Source: a virus
Taxonomy: Duplodnaviria > Caudoviricetes
IMG/VR virus record: IMGVR_UViG_3300025671_000073
Span: 1-58,013 of that record
Length of the DNA stretch: 58,013 nucleotides
Direction: 5' to 3' (one strand)
In this document: one piece after another, positions 39,029 through 49,235 of the stretch
Layout: every line of letters starts with the position of its first letter
Position numbering within the stretch: the first letter of the stretch is position 1
The notes under the pieces: generated by a model
What the model was told of the DNA's origin: nothing
The model's database searches: none
The model's input: only the letters and a program-made list of their open reading frames with translations
Translations under genes and position numbers: made by a program

Positions 39029-39452
39029 CATACCGGAAACGGTGAATCTGGCTTACGAAATGCACCAAGAAGGTGCTTTTTCGCGGTTCCGGTTCAGTCC
39101 GGAAAAGATGGCGTCAAACCTTTCACTGGCCATCACGCACCCCCATATCGCTTTCTGCCACGTCGTCGAGCATGACGAAAAGCTGGTAGGCGCACTGCTC
39201 GGGTATATTAGCGAGTTTTTCTTTGGCCACGACCTCATCGCCTCGGACAGCGGCTGGTTCATCCTGCCCGAGTACCGAGGTTCACGGTCCGCGGTCAAAC
39301 TCCTGAAGAACTTTCAAACGTGGGCCAAGGCCAACGGCGCGAAGGAAGTGGCGATGGGCGTGTCGACAGACGTCAACCCAGAAAAAACCGGCGCGCTGTT
39401 GCAGAAGCTGGGTTATAAGCACGTCGGTGGAAACTACAAACTGGCGATCTGA
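39000..39452 (+). CDS. GNAT acetyltransferase
   Basis: FILPEYRGS, WAKANGA, LQKLGY; GTG start after GGAG. Confidence 0.85.
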   Translation: MEIRCLEYADIPETVNLAYEMHQEGAFSRFRFSPEKMASNLSLAITHPHIAFCHVVEHDEKLVGALLGYISEFFFGHDLIASDSGWFILPEYRGSRSAVKLLKNFQTWAKANGAKEVAMGVSTDVNPEKTGALLQKLGYKHVGGNYKLAI

Positions 39453-40939
39453 TGGATCTCGCGGCCCTGAAACACCTGCCAGAGGAGACGCTCAAAGAGA
39501 TTCTTGAGCTCACCGAGGCCAAGGCAAAGCTGGAGCTGCGGGAAAAAGCGCATGATCAGTTCATGCCTTTTGTCCATCATGTCTACGACAACTTCATCGA
39601 GGGGCACCACCACCGGATTATCGCCGAAAAGCTGGAGCGGGTGGCCCGGGGCGAGCTGAAACGCCTGATCATCAACATGCCGCCGCGTCATTCGAAGTCA
39701 GAATTTGCATCCTATCTCATGCCAGCGTGGTTCTTGGGCCGAAATCCGAAGCTCAAGATCATTCAGGCCACGCACAACACCGAACTGGCCGTCCGGTTTG
39801 GCCGCAAGGTGCGGGATTTGATCGACGATCCGCACTACAAAGAGATTTTTCCGAACACCATCCTGAAGGATGACAACAAGGGCGCCGGTAAATGGGGCAC
39901 AACGCAGGGCGCGGAGTACTTCGCTGCCGGTGTGGGTGCGGCCGTGACCGGTCGAGGCGCGGATTTGTTCATTATCGACGACCCGCACTCAGAACAAGAC
40001 GCCCTGTCCGAGACCGCGTTCGACCACGCCTACGAATGGTACACCTCTGGCCCCCGACAGCGTCTACAACCGGGCGGGGCCATCATTCTGGTCATGACTC
40101 GATGGGGGAAGAAGGATCTGACAGGGCGTTTGCTTGCGCAGCAGGAAGCGGATGTCATGTCCGACCAGTGGGAGGTCGTGAATTTCCCTGCCATTTTGCC
40201 CTCCGACGAGCCGTTGTGGCCGGAGTTCTGGTCGAAGGACGCCCTGCTGTCGATCAAGGCCTCTCTGCCCGTGGGCAAATGGGCTGCGCAGTGGCAGCAG
40301 CAGCCGACGAACGCGGAATCGGCGATCGTGAAGCGCGAATGGTGGAAGATGTGGGAAAAAGAAAAGATTCCCGCGGTTAAATACATTGTTCAGGCGTACG
40401 ACACGGCGTTTTCCAAGAAGGAAACGGCTGACTACTCCGCGATTACCACATGGGGCATCTTCGACGACGAGGAATCTGGGCGCGAGGCCATAATTTTGCT
40501 GGATGCGCAGCGTGGCCGGTGGAGTTTTCCGGAACTCAAGGAAGTAGCCTTCGAGGAACACCAGTATTGGGAGCCGGACATGGTGATCGTCGAGAAGAAA
40601 GCGTCCGGCGGGCCGTTGATTGACGAAATGCGCAAGCGCGGCATCCCTGCGCTGGGCTTTTCGCCCGGCCGCCGGGCTGGCGGTGGCATGGACAAAACAA
40701 CCAGAATGCATTTGGTTTCACCTTTATTTGAATCTGGTGTAGTATGGGCCCCGCAAGACAAGAAGTTTGCCGACGAGGTAATCGAAGAGGTCGCCTCGTT
40801 CCCAAATGGGGAACATGACGACTACGTGGATAGCATGACGCTCGCCTTGATGCGGTTTCGCCAAGGCGGGTTGATCAGCATCCAAGATGATGACGAAGAC
40901 GAGGAAGAATTTATTCCTCGTAAACGGGAGTATTATTGA
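39452..40939 (+). CDS. terL: terminase large subunit
   Basis: MPPRHSKS, TGRGADLFIIDDP, YDTA, HDDYVDSMT. Confidence 0.96.
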   Translation: MDLAALKHLPEETLKEILELTEAKAKLELREKAHDQFMPFVHHVYDNFIEGHHHRIIAEKLERVARGELKRLIINMPPRHSKSEFASYLMPAWFLGRNPKLKIIQATHNTELAVRFGRKVRDLIDDPHYKEIFPNTILKDDNKGAGKWGTTQGAEYFAAGVGAAVTGRGADLFIIDDPHSEQDALSETAFDHAYEWYTSGPRQRLQPGGAIILVMTRWGKKDLTGRLLAQQEADVMSDQWEVVNFPAILPSDEPLWPEFWSKDALLSIKASLPVGKWAAQWQQQPTNAESAIVKREWWKMWEKEKIPAVKYIVQAYDTAFSKKETADYSAITTWGIFDDEESGREAIILLDAQRGRWSFPELKEVAFEEHQYWEPDMVIVEKKASGGPLIDEMRKRGIPALGFSPGRRAGGGMDKTTRMHLVSPLFESGVVWAPQDKKFADEVIEEVASFPNGEHDDYVDSMTLALMRFRQGGLISIQDDDEDEEEFIPRKREYY

Positions 40940-43443
40940 TGGGACTGCCCCCTCGCTCGATGGGTCCGATGGTTGACCAAGCGGTTGGACTGGATGAGAT
41001 CGATCCGGCCCTCCAACTGGAGGAGATTCCCGTCGATATGCCCATGGATTTTTCCGGCGGGGCCGAGATCATCGAAGGCGAAGACGGGTCCGCGATCATT
41101 CGCTCGTTGATCGAGGCGGCTGAGATGGGCGGTATGGGTGAGGAACTCATTCCGTTCGACGCAAACCTTGCCGAGTTCCTCGACGACGGGGACCTTGGTT
41201 CGCTGGCCAGCGAGCTGGTAAGCAATTACGAAGACGACTGTGAATCACGATCCGAGTGGGAAGACACCTATGTCAAAGGGCTGGACCTGCTTGGCGTCAA
41301 GATCGAGGACCGAGACGAACCGTTCGAGGGCGCGTCTGCCGTTACCCATCCGCTGATATCAGAGTCCGTCACGCAGTTTCAGGCGCAGGCTTATAAAGAA
41401 CTGCTGCCTGCTGGAGGCCCTGTCAAGACACGGATCATTGGCGCGCAAACACAGGAGACGGAAGACCAAGCCGAGCGCGTCAAGCATTACCTGAACTATC
41501 TCATTACCGAAGAGATGGAAGAATACGACCCAGAGATGGATCAGATGCTGTTCTATCTCCCTCTGTCCGGATCGACGTTCAAGAAAACCTATTACGACCC
41601 GCTGCTACAGCGGCCGGTGTCGAATTTCGTGCAGGCGCAGGATGTCGTCGTGCCCTATTCTGCGACGGATCTTCGGACCGCTCCGCGTATCACGCACGTC
41701 CTGAAGATGACGGACAATGAGATCCGAAAGCATCAGGCGATCGGTTTTTACCGAGATGTCGATCTTCCGTCCGGAACTCCGGACGACAGCGACGAGGTGA
41801 CTGGCAAGGTTGATGAGCTCCAAGGTACGTCGCCCACGGGCTACACCGACGACACTCGCACACTGCTTGAAATCCACGCCGAGCTGGATCTCGATGGCTT
41901 TGAGGATGTCGATCAAGAGGGAAACCCCAGCGGTATCAAGCTGCCGTATATCGTGACGATCGACAAGGACAGCAGCACCGTTCTTTCAATCCGTCGGAAC
42001 TACAGGGAAGACGATCCGATGCGTCGACCCGTACCGTATTTTGTACACTACAAGTTCCTGCCGGGTCTCGGTTTCTACGGCTTTGGCCTGCTGCACATGA
42101 TTGGCGGGATCGGCAAGGCATCCACCAGCATTCTGCGCCAGTTGATCGACGCCGGGACGCTGTCGAATCTTCCGGGCGGCTTCAAGGCCCGCGGTGTGCG
42201 GGTCCGGAACAGTGACGAACCGATCCAGCCGGGCGAGTGGCGGGACATGGATGCGCCGGGCGGTGTGTTGCGGGACTCGATCATGCCGCTGCCCTACAAG
42301 GAGCCGTCGGCCACCTTGGCCAACCTGCTTGGCGCGCTGATCGACGCCGGTCGCCGCTTTGTTTCGATCGCCGACCAGCAGGTCAGCAACATGAACCAAG
42401 AGGTTCCGGTTGGCACCACGATGGCCATGCTTGAGCGTGGCATGAAGGTGATGTCGGCAATCCACAAGCGCCTGCACTACGCCCAGAAGCAGGAGTTTCG
42501 CATCCTTGCCCGCGTTGTGGCGGAGGACACCCTGCCGCAATATCCGTATCTGGTCGAGGGTGGTCAGGCTGGCATCAAGGCCTCTGATTTTGACGGCCGT
42601 ATTGACGTGATTCCGGTCAGCGACCCCAACATCTTCTCCATGGCACAACGCGTCGCACTGGCGCAGGAACAACTCAAGCTGGCCCAGACCAATCCGCAAA
42701 TGCACAATCTGCACGCGGCGTATAAGCGGATGTATCAGGCGCTTGAGGTCCAGAACATAGAGGAGATCCTGCCGACGCCGCCGCAACCGCAGCCGGTTGA
42801 TCCAGCCATGGAGAATAGTCGTATTCTCATGGGCCAAGGTCCGCAAGCCTTCCCGCCGCAGAACCACGAAGCCCACATTCTGTCCCACATTGCGCTGCTC
42901 CAGACGATGATCGTGCAGCAAAACCCGCAGGCACAAGCGGTAATCTACGCCCACGTTCAAGAGCATATTGGCATGCTTGCCCACGAAAAAGCCCAAGAGC
43001 AGATTCAGCAGAGCATGCAGCAGGTCGAAACACTGGCTGCCGTTGGCGCTGTTGATCCCGCCATGGCTGCGCAACAGCTTGGTCAGGCCCGCGCCGCGGC
43101 CCAAGACCCGAACGAGTACAACAGTTATGTGGCCCTGCTCCAGCAGGAGCTCCTTGCCCAGTACCTGCCGCAGATGCAGCCGCCGCAGCCGGATCCCATG
43201 GCCGATCCTCTGGTCCAGATCCGGCAGCAAGAACTCCTGACCAAACAGCAGGAAACCATGATGGATGCGCAAACAGACCAGCAGAAGCTGGAACTGGAGC
43301 GCGCCAAGCTGGAACAAAAAGCCGCGGCAGAAGCCGCAAGGATCGAGCTGCAGGAAGAGATCGCGGACGATCGCAACGCCGTGAACCGCGAACGCATCGA
43401 GACACAGGCGCAGATCGCTATGCGCAATCGTGGAGGCCAATGA
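40939..43443 (+). CDS. portal protein
   Basis: Follows terL; P22-like portal length with a Gln-rich C-terminal barrel. Confidence 0.9.
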   Translation: MGLPPRSMGPMVDQAVGLDEIDPALQLEEIPVDMPMDFSGGAEIIEGEDGSAIIRSLIEAAEMGGMGEELIPFDANLAEFLDDGDLGSLASELVSNYEDDCESRSEWEDTYVKGLDLLGVKIEDRDEPFEGASAVTHPLISESVTQFQAQAYKELLPAGGPVKTRIIGAQTQETEDQAERVKHYLNYLITEEMEEYDPEMDQMLFYLPLSGSTFKKTYYDPLLQRPVSNFVQAQDVVVPYSATDLRTAPRITHVLKMTDNEIRKHQAIGFYRDVDLPSGTPDDSDEVTGKVDELQGTSPTGYTDDTRTLLEIHAELDLDGFEDVDQEGNPSGIKLPYIVTIDKDSSTVLSIRRNYREDDPMRRPVPYFVHYKFLPGLGFYGFGLLHMIGGIGKASTSILRQLIDAGTLSNLPGGFKARGVRVRNSDEPIQPGEWRDMDAPGGVLRDSIMPLPYKEPSATLANLLGALIDAGRRFVSIADQQVSNMNQEVPVGTTMAMLERGMKVMSAIHKRLHYAQKQEFRILARVVAEDTLPQYPYLVEGGQAGIKASDFDGRIDVIPVSDPNIFSMAQRVALAQEQLKLAQTNPQMHNLHAAYKRMYQALEVQNIEEILPTPPQPQPVDPAMENSRILMGQGPQAFPPQNHEAHILSHIALLQTMIVQQNPQAQAVIYAHVQEHIGMLAHEKAQEQIQQSMQQVETLAAVGAVDPAMAAQQLGQARAAAQDPNEYNSYVALLQQELLAQYLPQMQPPQPDPMADPLVQIRQQELLTKQQETMMDAQTDQQKLELERAKLEQKAAAEAARIELQEEIADDRNAVNRERIETQAQIAMRNRGGQ

Positions 43444-43640
43444 TGACGCTTCGCAAGGGTTCGTCTCAGAAAGTCATATCGGAGAACATCCGAACTGAAA
43501 TGGAAGCCGGCAGGCCTCAAAAACAAGCTATCGCCATCGCCTTGAGTAAGGCTGGCAAAAGCAATCGAAAGGCTGACGGCGGCACCGTCAAAGCTTTCAG
43601 TCCCATCGCCCGTCCGCAAAGATTCAGCGGCATTTATTGA
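43443..43640 (+). CDS. small basic head-region protein
   Basis: [14 protein letters not shown]...[12 protein letters not shown]. Confidence 0.75.
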   Translation: MTLRKGSSQKVISENIRTEMEAGRPQKQAIAIALSKAGKSNRKADGGTVKAFSPIARPQRFSGIY

Positions 43641-43918
43641 AGGAGACCATGACCATGGAAGACTACAACCGATCTGCCGCGCGTCGCGCCAAAGAGGCAC
43701 GGGCGGACGAGATGTCCAAGCCGATGGGCAAGGTGAAACCCAAATCTCGACCGGGCACCGTCCGCCCACAGGCACGTCCTGAAATCGTCGATCTTACGCC
43801 CGAGGCCGAGCGTTACGAGGACGAGACCCGGCAAGAGTTCCGCGACGGCGGCGTTGCCAAGGCTCGTGGCATGAAGATGTGCCAGATGTCCGGGCGCAAC
43901 GGCGGCAAAACCTACTGA
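43637..43918 (+). CDS. small head-region protein
   Basis: AAGGAG RBS; start may be a few codons later. Confidence 0.6.
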   Translation: MKETMTMEDYNRSAARRAKEARADEMSKPMGKVKPKSRPGTVRPQARPEIVDLTPEAERYEDETRQEFRDGGVAKARGMKMCQMSGRNGGKTY

Positions 43919-43930
43919 CGGAGCGGACCC

Positions 43931-44308
43931 ATGCCCACAATCCAGATCAGCATTCTGCCGGATATGATTCCGGTAGATCAGTATGACGACGACGACGACG
44001 GCAACAGCTGCCCGCTGCCGACACAGGATGCGGAACTCAACGAGGAGAACAAGGAGGCGGCCGTTGAGCGAGCTGGCTACCGTGATCCCGCTGACGGCGG
44101 CGCCTTTCGGGTATCCGAGATCTGCGGCAACTGCAAAGCCTACAACCAGACCGAAGATATGCTGGAGTGCATTGGCGACGAGTCCGGCGATCTCGGCTAC
44201 TGCCAGATCCACAAGTTTGTCTGCGAATCCGGTTACACTTGCGACGACTGGGTCGAGGGCGGCCCGATGACGTCCGAGAGCCAACAGACGTATCGGGACA
44301 ACCTTTGA
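43931..44308 (+). CDS. Cys-rich, HiPIP-like-motif protein
   Basis: CGNC...GYC...C...TCDDW. Confidence 0.65.
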   Translation: MPTIQISILPDMIPVDQYDDDDDGNSCPLPTQDAELNEENKEAAVERAGYRDPADGGAFRVSEICGNCKAYNQTEDMLECIGDESGDLGYCQIHKFVCESGYTCDDWVEGGPMTSESQQTYRDNL

Positions 44309-44523
44309 TGGATGTTGTGGATTTTGCAAAACATCTGTACAAGAAACTGCAGGAGCGAGAGGACGAGCTCGCTCAAGCGCTTGTGGCTGATGTCCCGAAG
44401 GACTGGGAGCAGTACAAGAAGATCGTAGGGGAAATACAGGGTCTTTCCTTTGCGTCAGATGAAATCAGGACCCTGCTGGAGAAACATAGCGACTATGACG
44501 ACGGATTTGACGAATCTGGGTAA
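44308..44523 (+). CDS. conserved small protein upstream of groES
   Basis: Coupled start; DWEQYKKIVGEIQGL. Confidence 0.7.
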   Translation: MDVVDFAKHLYKKLQEREDELAQALVADVPKDWEQYKKIVGEIQGLSFASDEIRTLLEKHSDYDDGFDESG

Positions 44524-44968
44524 ACTCGCAGAAAGTGTGGTCAAGAAAGACACAGGACCATCGCTCGACAGCGCCTACATCGCTACCTCTGACCGGGTCC
44601 TTGATCCCGGACTTCTCGAAAAAGATCTGGTTGACCGTCTCCCCCAGCCTACCGGCTGGAGGATTTTGGTCATGCCGTTCCAAGGCGTCGCAAAGACGAC
44701 CGGGGGCCTTCACATTCCGGACGAGATTCGGGATCGTGAGGCGTTGGCAACGGTTGTTGCCTATGTGCTGAAGCTTGGACCATTGGCGTACAGGGATCCG
44801 GATAAATTCGGACCCGACAGTATTCCATGGTGCGAGCAAGGCCAGTGGGTCTGCATTGGTCGTTATGCAGGTTCACGGTTCAAGATCGACGGTGGAGAGG
44901 TTCGCATCATCAATGATGACGAAGTGATCGCCACGATTCTTGATCCACAGGACATCAAGTCAGTTTAA
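44495..44968 (+). CDS. groES: co-chaperonin GroES-like
   Basis: PTGWRILV, TTGGLHIPD, RYAGSR, RIINDDEVIA. Confidence 0.9.
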   Translation: MTTDLTNLGKLAESVVKKDTGPSLDSAYIATSDRVLDPGLLEKDLVDRLPQPTGWRILVMPFQGVAKTTGGLHIPDEIRDREALATVVAYVLKLGPLAYRDPDKFGPDSIPWCEQGQWVCIGRYAGSRFKIDGGEVRIINDDEVIATILDPQDIKSV

Positions 44969-44978
44969 GGAGGCCGAT

Positions 44979-45878
44979 ATGGCTGAAGACAAAGACGACG
45001 ATCTGGGTCAGGAGATTGTTCTTGACGATCAGACGGATGCGCCTGCTGATGACCTATCGGAACAACAGGTGGCCGAGGCCGCTGACCGGGTTGAAAGCGG
45101 GGAAGACGATCTCGATGACTACAGCAGAAATGTGCAGAAGCGCATCAAAAAGCTGACGGAGAAGTATCGAGAGGCGGAGCGGCAGGGCCAAGAAGCCACT
45201 ACATTCGCGCAGCAGGTGCTGGAGGAGAATAAAAAACTCCGGGAGCGGATGGAGAAACTCGATTCCGGCTACCTGACGGAATACGGCGCGCGAATCGAGG
45301 CCCAGATTGGCACTGCCCGCAAGGCGTACAAGGACGCTTATGAGGCCGGCGACACCGATGCAATGATCGAGGCCCAAGAAGCGCTGGCCCGAGCCACCGG
45401 CGAAAAAGATCGCTATGACATGGCCAAGCGCCGCGCGGATCAGCAGCGGGAAGCACGTCCCGCGCAGGAGAATCTGGCGCAGTATGCCCAGATGCCGACG
45501 CAACAACCGCAGCCTCAACATGCGCAACCTGATCCCAAGGCCCAGAGCTGGGCCGAAAAGAATGAGTGGTTTGGTCAGGACGAAGTCATGACCTACGCCG
45601 CGTTTGGGATTCACCGCAAGCTCGTCGAAGAAGAAGGCTTTGACCCAACAAGCGATGAGTATTATACTGAGATCGATCGGCGGATGCGTGTGGAGTTTCC
45701 ACAAAAGTTCGCCGCCAAGAAATCGAGCACGAAGAGTCAGGTCGCCTCTGCTGGTTCTTCTGCGTCTCGCACCAACAAACAGGGGCGCCGGTCGGTAAAG
45801 CTGTCACCGTCGCAGATTGCCATCGCGAAGAAGCTCAATGTTCCTCTTGAGGAATACGCGAAATACGTGAAGGAGTAA
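44979..45878 (+). CDS. scaffolding protein
   Basis: Acidic N-terminus, coiled coil, WAEKNEWF, C-terminal IAKKLNVPLEEYAK. Confidence 0.75.
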   Translation: MAEDKDDDLGQEIVLDDQTDAPADDLSEQQVAEAADRVESGEDDLDDYSRNVQKRIKKLTEKYREAERQGQEATTFAQQVLEENKKLRERMEKLDSGYLTEYGARIEAQIGTARKAYKDAYEAGDTDAMIEAQEALARATGEKDRYDMAKRRADQQREARPAQENLAQYAQMPTQQPQPQHAQPDPKAQSWAEKNEWFGQDEVMTYAAFGIHRKLVEEEGFDPTSDEYYTEIDRRMRVEFPQKFAAKKSSTKSQVASAGSSASRTNKQGRRSVKLSPSQIAIAKKLNVPLEEYAKYVKE

Positions 45879-45884
45879 GTGACA

Positions 45885-46343
45885 ATGGCTGACAGAACAC
45901 CCCGAGCCGCAGAAACCCGCGACAAAACGCAACGTCGCAAACCTTGGGCGCCGCCCAGCCACCTCGATGCTCCTGATCCCCCTGCGGGATACAAGCATCG
46001 CTGGATTCGAACCGCAATGCGGGGCGAGGAGGACAAAGTGAACGTCCATGCCAAGCTTCGTGAAGGATGGGAACCCGTCCGTGCGGATGAGTATCCGGAT
46101 CAAAACTATGCTTCGATCGACGAAGGTCGATACGCAGGCATTATCGGGAATGGTGGTCTGATGCTGTGCCGCGTACCTGAAGAAACAGTGCAGGAAAGAG
46201 CCGCGTATTACGGGAACCGGACCCGCGAACAAATGCAAGCTGTGGATCAGGACCTGATGAGGGATGAACATCCCTCGATGCCGATCACAAGAGATCGGCG
46301 CAGTCGTGTCACGTTCGGTGGTCGCAGTAGCGACGCCGACTAA
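45885..46343 (+). CDS. conserved head-region protein
   Basis: GYKHRWIR, LREGWEPV, GGLMLC. Confidence 0.75.
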   Translation: MADRTPRAAETRDKTQRRKPWAPPSHLDAPDPPAGYKHRWIRTAMRGEEDKVNVHAKLREGWEPVRADEYPDQNYASIDEGRYAGIIGNGGLMLCRVPEETVQERAAYYGNRTREQMQAVDQDLMRDEHPSMPITRDRRSRVTFGGRSSDAD

Positions 46344-46365
46344 TTGAAACTGAAGGAGCTATACC

Positions 46366-47010
46366 ATGGCTAACATCAATGGTGCCTTTGGTCTTCGTCC
46401 TATCGGCAAGATGGGTCAGAACACCAACAGCACCGGTGCCACTGAGTATCGCATTGCCTCCAGCAACACGAATGCGATCTATCAGGGCTCTCCTGTTATC
46501 CCGCTCGCCGCCGGTGTCATTGACATCGTTGGCGCGGACGCAGGCGGCACTGTGGGTCTGCTTGGTGTTTTCTGGGGCTGCGAATACGTCTCGTCGGTCA
46601 CCGGTGAAAAAGTCTTCTCGAACTACTGGCCGGGGACGGGTGCAGACTCGAACTTCCCCGTCAAGGCGTTCGTGTATGACGATCCCGCCCAGCTGTTCCT
46701 GATCGCGACGTCGAACGTCGTGGCAGCGGCTGACACCGAAGCCGAGGTTCGTGCCGCAGTGTTTGCAAACGCAAACTTTGCAGACGGCACCGCCGGTTCG
46801 ACGACCACGGGTCTGTCGAGCGCAACGCTGGACCTCAACACCATCGCCACCACCAACACGCTGAACATGCGGATCATGGGCGTCCTCGACGACCCGGAAA
46901 ACTCCGACTTCACCGCGGCTGGTGTGGGCATCATCGTTCGTCTGAACAACCACTTCAACTCGCCGAACGGCGCGATTGCTGGTGGCACTGTTTCGACGAC
47001 TGGCGTGTAA
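46366..47010 (+). CDS. capsid decoration / minor capsid protein
   Basis: MANINGAFGLRP, directly upstream of the major capsid gene, strong RBS. Confidence 0.7.
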   Translation: MANINGAFGLRPIGKMGQNTNSTGATEYRIASSNTNAIYQGSPVIPLAAGVIDIVGADAGGTVGLLGVFWGCEYVSSVTGEKVFSNYWPGTGADSNFPVKAFVYDDPAQLFLIATSNVVAAADTEAEVRAAVFANANFADGTAGSTTTGLSSATLDLNTIATTNTLNMRIMGVLDDPENSDFTAAGVGIIVRLNNHFNSPNGAIAGGTVSTTGV

Positions 47011-47024
47011 AGGAGGTCTGAGTT

Positions 47025-47939
47025 ATGGCTATTTCTCGCGCACAACTTGCGAAAGAGCTCGAACCGGGTCTCAACGCTCTGTTCGGCATGGAGTATGGTC
47101 GCTACGAGAACCAGCACTCCGAGATCTACACCACCGAATCTTCGGATCGTGCATTCGAAGAAGAAGTGATGCTCTCGGGCTTCGGTGCTGCTCCGACCAA
47201 GTCGGAAGGCTCGGCGATCACGTTCGATGAGGCGACTGAGGCGTACACCGCGCGCTACAACCACGAAACCGTGGCGATGGCGTTTGCACTGACCGAAGAG
47301 GCCATTGAGGACAACCTCTATGACCGCCTCGGCAGCCGCTACACCCGCGCGCTGGCACGTTCGATGGCCCACACCAAGCAGGTGAAAGCCGCGGCTGTGC
47401 TTAACAGCGCCTTCGATGGTGGTGCAACGGCAATCGGCGACGGCAAAGCTCTCTGTGCAACGGACCACCCGCTCACCAGCGGCAGCACGTTTGCCAACGA
47501 GCCCACCACTCCCGCCGACCTGAACGAGACGTCGCTTGAGGACGCCCTGATCAGCATCGCCGGTTTCGTTGACGAGCGTGGTCTGAAGATTGCCCTTCGC
47601 GGCATGAAACTGATCGTGCCTCGCCAGCTGCAGTTCGTGGCCGAACGTCTGATGGTGTCGAACCTGCGGGTTGGCACGGCAGACAACGACGTCAACGCGC
47701 TGAAGTCCATGGGCATGCTGCCCGAGGGCTACGTGGTCAACGACTTCCTGACCGACCCGGATGCATTCTTCATCAAGACGGATGCTCCCCGCGGCTTCGT
47801 GCACTTTGAGCGCACCCCGCTCAGCACGGGTATGGAAGGAGACTTTGACACCGGAAACATGCGTTTCAAAGCACGGGAGCGTTACAGCTTCGGTGTTAGC
47901 GATCCGCGCTGTGTGTTCGGTTCGCCGGGCGCTGCGTAA
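47025..47939 (+). CDS. major capsid protein
   Basis: MAISRAQLAKELEPGLNALFG...ARERYSFG; AAGGAGG RBS; terminator downstream. Confidence 0.92.
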   Translation: MAISRAQLAKELEPGLNALFGMEYGRYENQHSEIYTTESSDRAFEEEVMLSGFGAAPTKSEGSAITFDEATEAYTARYNHETVAMAFALTEEAIEDNLYDRLGSRYTRALARSMAHTKQVKAAAVLNSAFDGGATAIGDGKALCATDHPLTSGSTFANEPTTPADLNETSLEDALISIAGFVDERGLKIALRGMKLIVPRQLQFVAERLMVSNLRVGTADNDVNALKSMGMLPEGYVVNDFLTDPDAFFIKTDAPRGFVHFERTPLSTGMEGDFDTGNMRFKARERYSFGVSDPRCVFGSPGAA

Positions 47940-47961
47940 GCGGCATCTGGATAGTGAATCC

Positions 47962-47992
47962 GAAAGGGCGGCTTCGGTCGCCCTTTCTTTTT
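47962..47992 (+). terminator. intrinsic terminator
   Basis: GAAAGGGCGG-CTTCGG-TCGCCCTTTC followed by a T-tract. Confidence 0.9.
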
Positions 47993-48072
47993 GTTTGCAG
48001 CTCATGTATCCTACCCCCATCCCTGACAGCCCGCATGGTGCGCGCTGACACTAGCCACGACAGGAGACTCCA

Positions 48073-48585
48073 ATGGCTAATACGACTTTCTCTGGGCCGG
48101 TACGCTCGGAAAATGGTTTCAAGTCCATCACCAAAAACTCGACGACCGGTGCAATCACCGAGATCACGACCATGGGCGGAGCTCCGGTAGCTCTCGCTGA
48201 CGGCGATGTGACCCTGACCAATGCGACCCACAGCGGCCGCGTTCTGGTTGTTCCGGATGGCGGACAGGACAACACCTACACGCTGCCCACCCCGGTCGCA
48301 GGTGCAATGTTCACCTTCGTCTACGGCGGCGCAGCAGCTGACGCCACGGACTTTATCGTGGACGCAGGTTCGGACACCAACTTCTTCGTGGGCAATGTCG
48401 CATTCAACGACACCGACGATGGCGCAGCCTCTGTTGTTTTTGCTGACGGCGATTCGAACAGTGTTCTGCAGGTCAATGTTCCGGGGTCCGCGGTGATCAA
48501 TGTGATGGCCAAGGACGGCACCAACTGGTACGTCTGGGGTTCGGTCACAGGCGCCACTGCCCCCGCCTTCTCCGACCAAGCGTAA
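48073..48585 (+). CDS. virion structural protein
   Basis: MANTTFSGPVRSENGF, beta-rich. Confidence 0.7.
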   Translation: MANTTFSGPVRSENGFKSITKNSTTGAITEITTMGGAPVALADGDVTLTNATHSGRVLVVPDGGQDNTYTLPTPVAGAMFTFVYGGAAADATDFIVDAGSDTNFFVGNVAFNDTDDGAASVVFADGDSNSVLQVNVPGSAVINVMAKDGTNWYVWGSVTGATAPAFSDQA

Positions 48586-48596
48586 GGGGGTCGAAC

Positions 48597-49223
48597 ATGG
48601 CCGGCTCTGACGTAAAGGCCAAATTTATCGAGGCCGACACCAACGCAGCAGACGCGGACAGCGTCTGCACTGCGGAAACCCTGTCCGGGGGTGGCGTGCA
48701 AGCCATCCCCATCGACGGTGCCGATGCCTCTGGCGGCGTGGCCACATTCACTGCGGCGCGGAAAATCACCGTGACAGCTTCGGGTGCCGATAGCGCACGC
48801 ACGGTGACGGTGACGGGCACGGATGTGAACGGCGACGCGCAGACGGAAGCGATTGGGGTAACGGCTTCCGGTGTGTCCACTGGAACCTTGTACTTCCGCA
48901 CTGTTACTGCGGTCACCGTGGATGACGACACAGTGGGCACCCTGTCTGTTGGCATGTCCAACGACGCGTTGGACGTGATCTTTGCCGAGCGGGCGCGACT
49001 CAAGGGGGCGTTCATCGTCAACTCTGACACCGCTGGGGTTCTCACCTTCACAAACGGCAGCGCTACGGGCACCGAAAAACTAAAGCTGGGCACGGTTGCT
49101 TCTGCAACAGCCGAGCGCGATGTAACCATCCCGTCCGAAGGGATCATGTTTGAAGCGGGCTGTTTCCTGCCATACACGGCAGGCACAACCGTCTTCACGA
49201 ACATGACGGCCTTTCACGCGTAA
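48597..49223 (+). CDS. virion structural protein
   Basis: Thr/Gly/Ala-rich beta protein. Confidence 0.7.
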   Translation: MAGSDVKAKFIEADTNAADADSVCTAETLSGGGVQAIPIDGADASGGVATFTAARKITVTASGADSARTVTVTGTDVNGDAQTEAIGVTASGVSTGTLYFRTVTAVTVDDDTVGTLSVGMSNDALDVIFAERARLKGAFIVNSDTAGVLTFTNGSATGTEKLKLGTVASATAERDVTIPSEGIMFEAGCFLPYTAGTTVFTNMTAFHA

Positions 49224-49235
49224 GAGGTTCACTCG

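Noticed and set aside
41986-43440. Long antisense ORFs (e.g. 41986..43440, 46623..48020, 19377..20642, 13522..14553)
   Set aside because: They mirror well-supported genes in GC-rich DNA and show no motifs or RBS.
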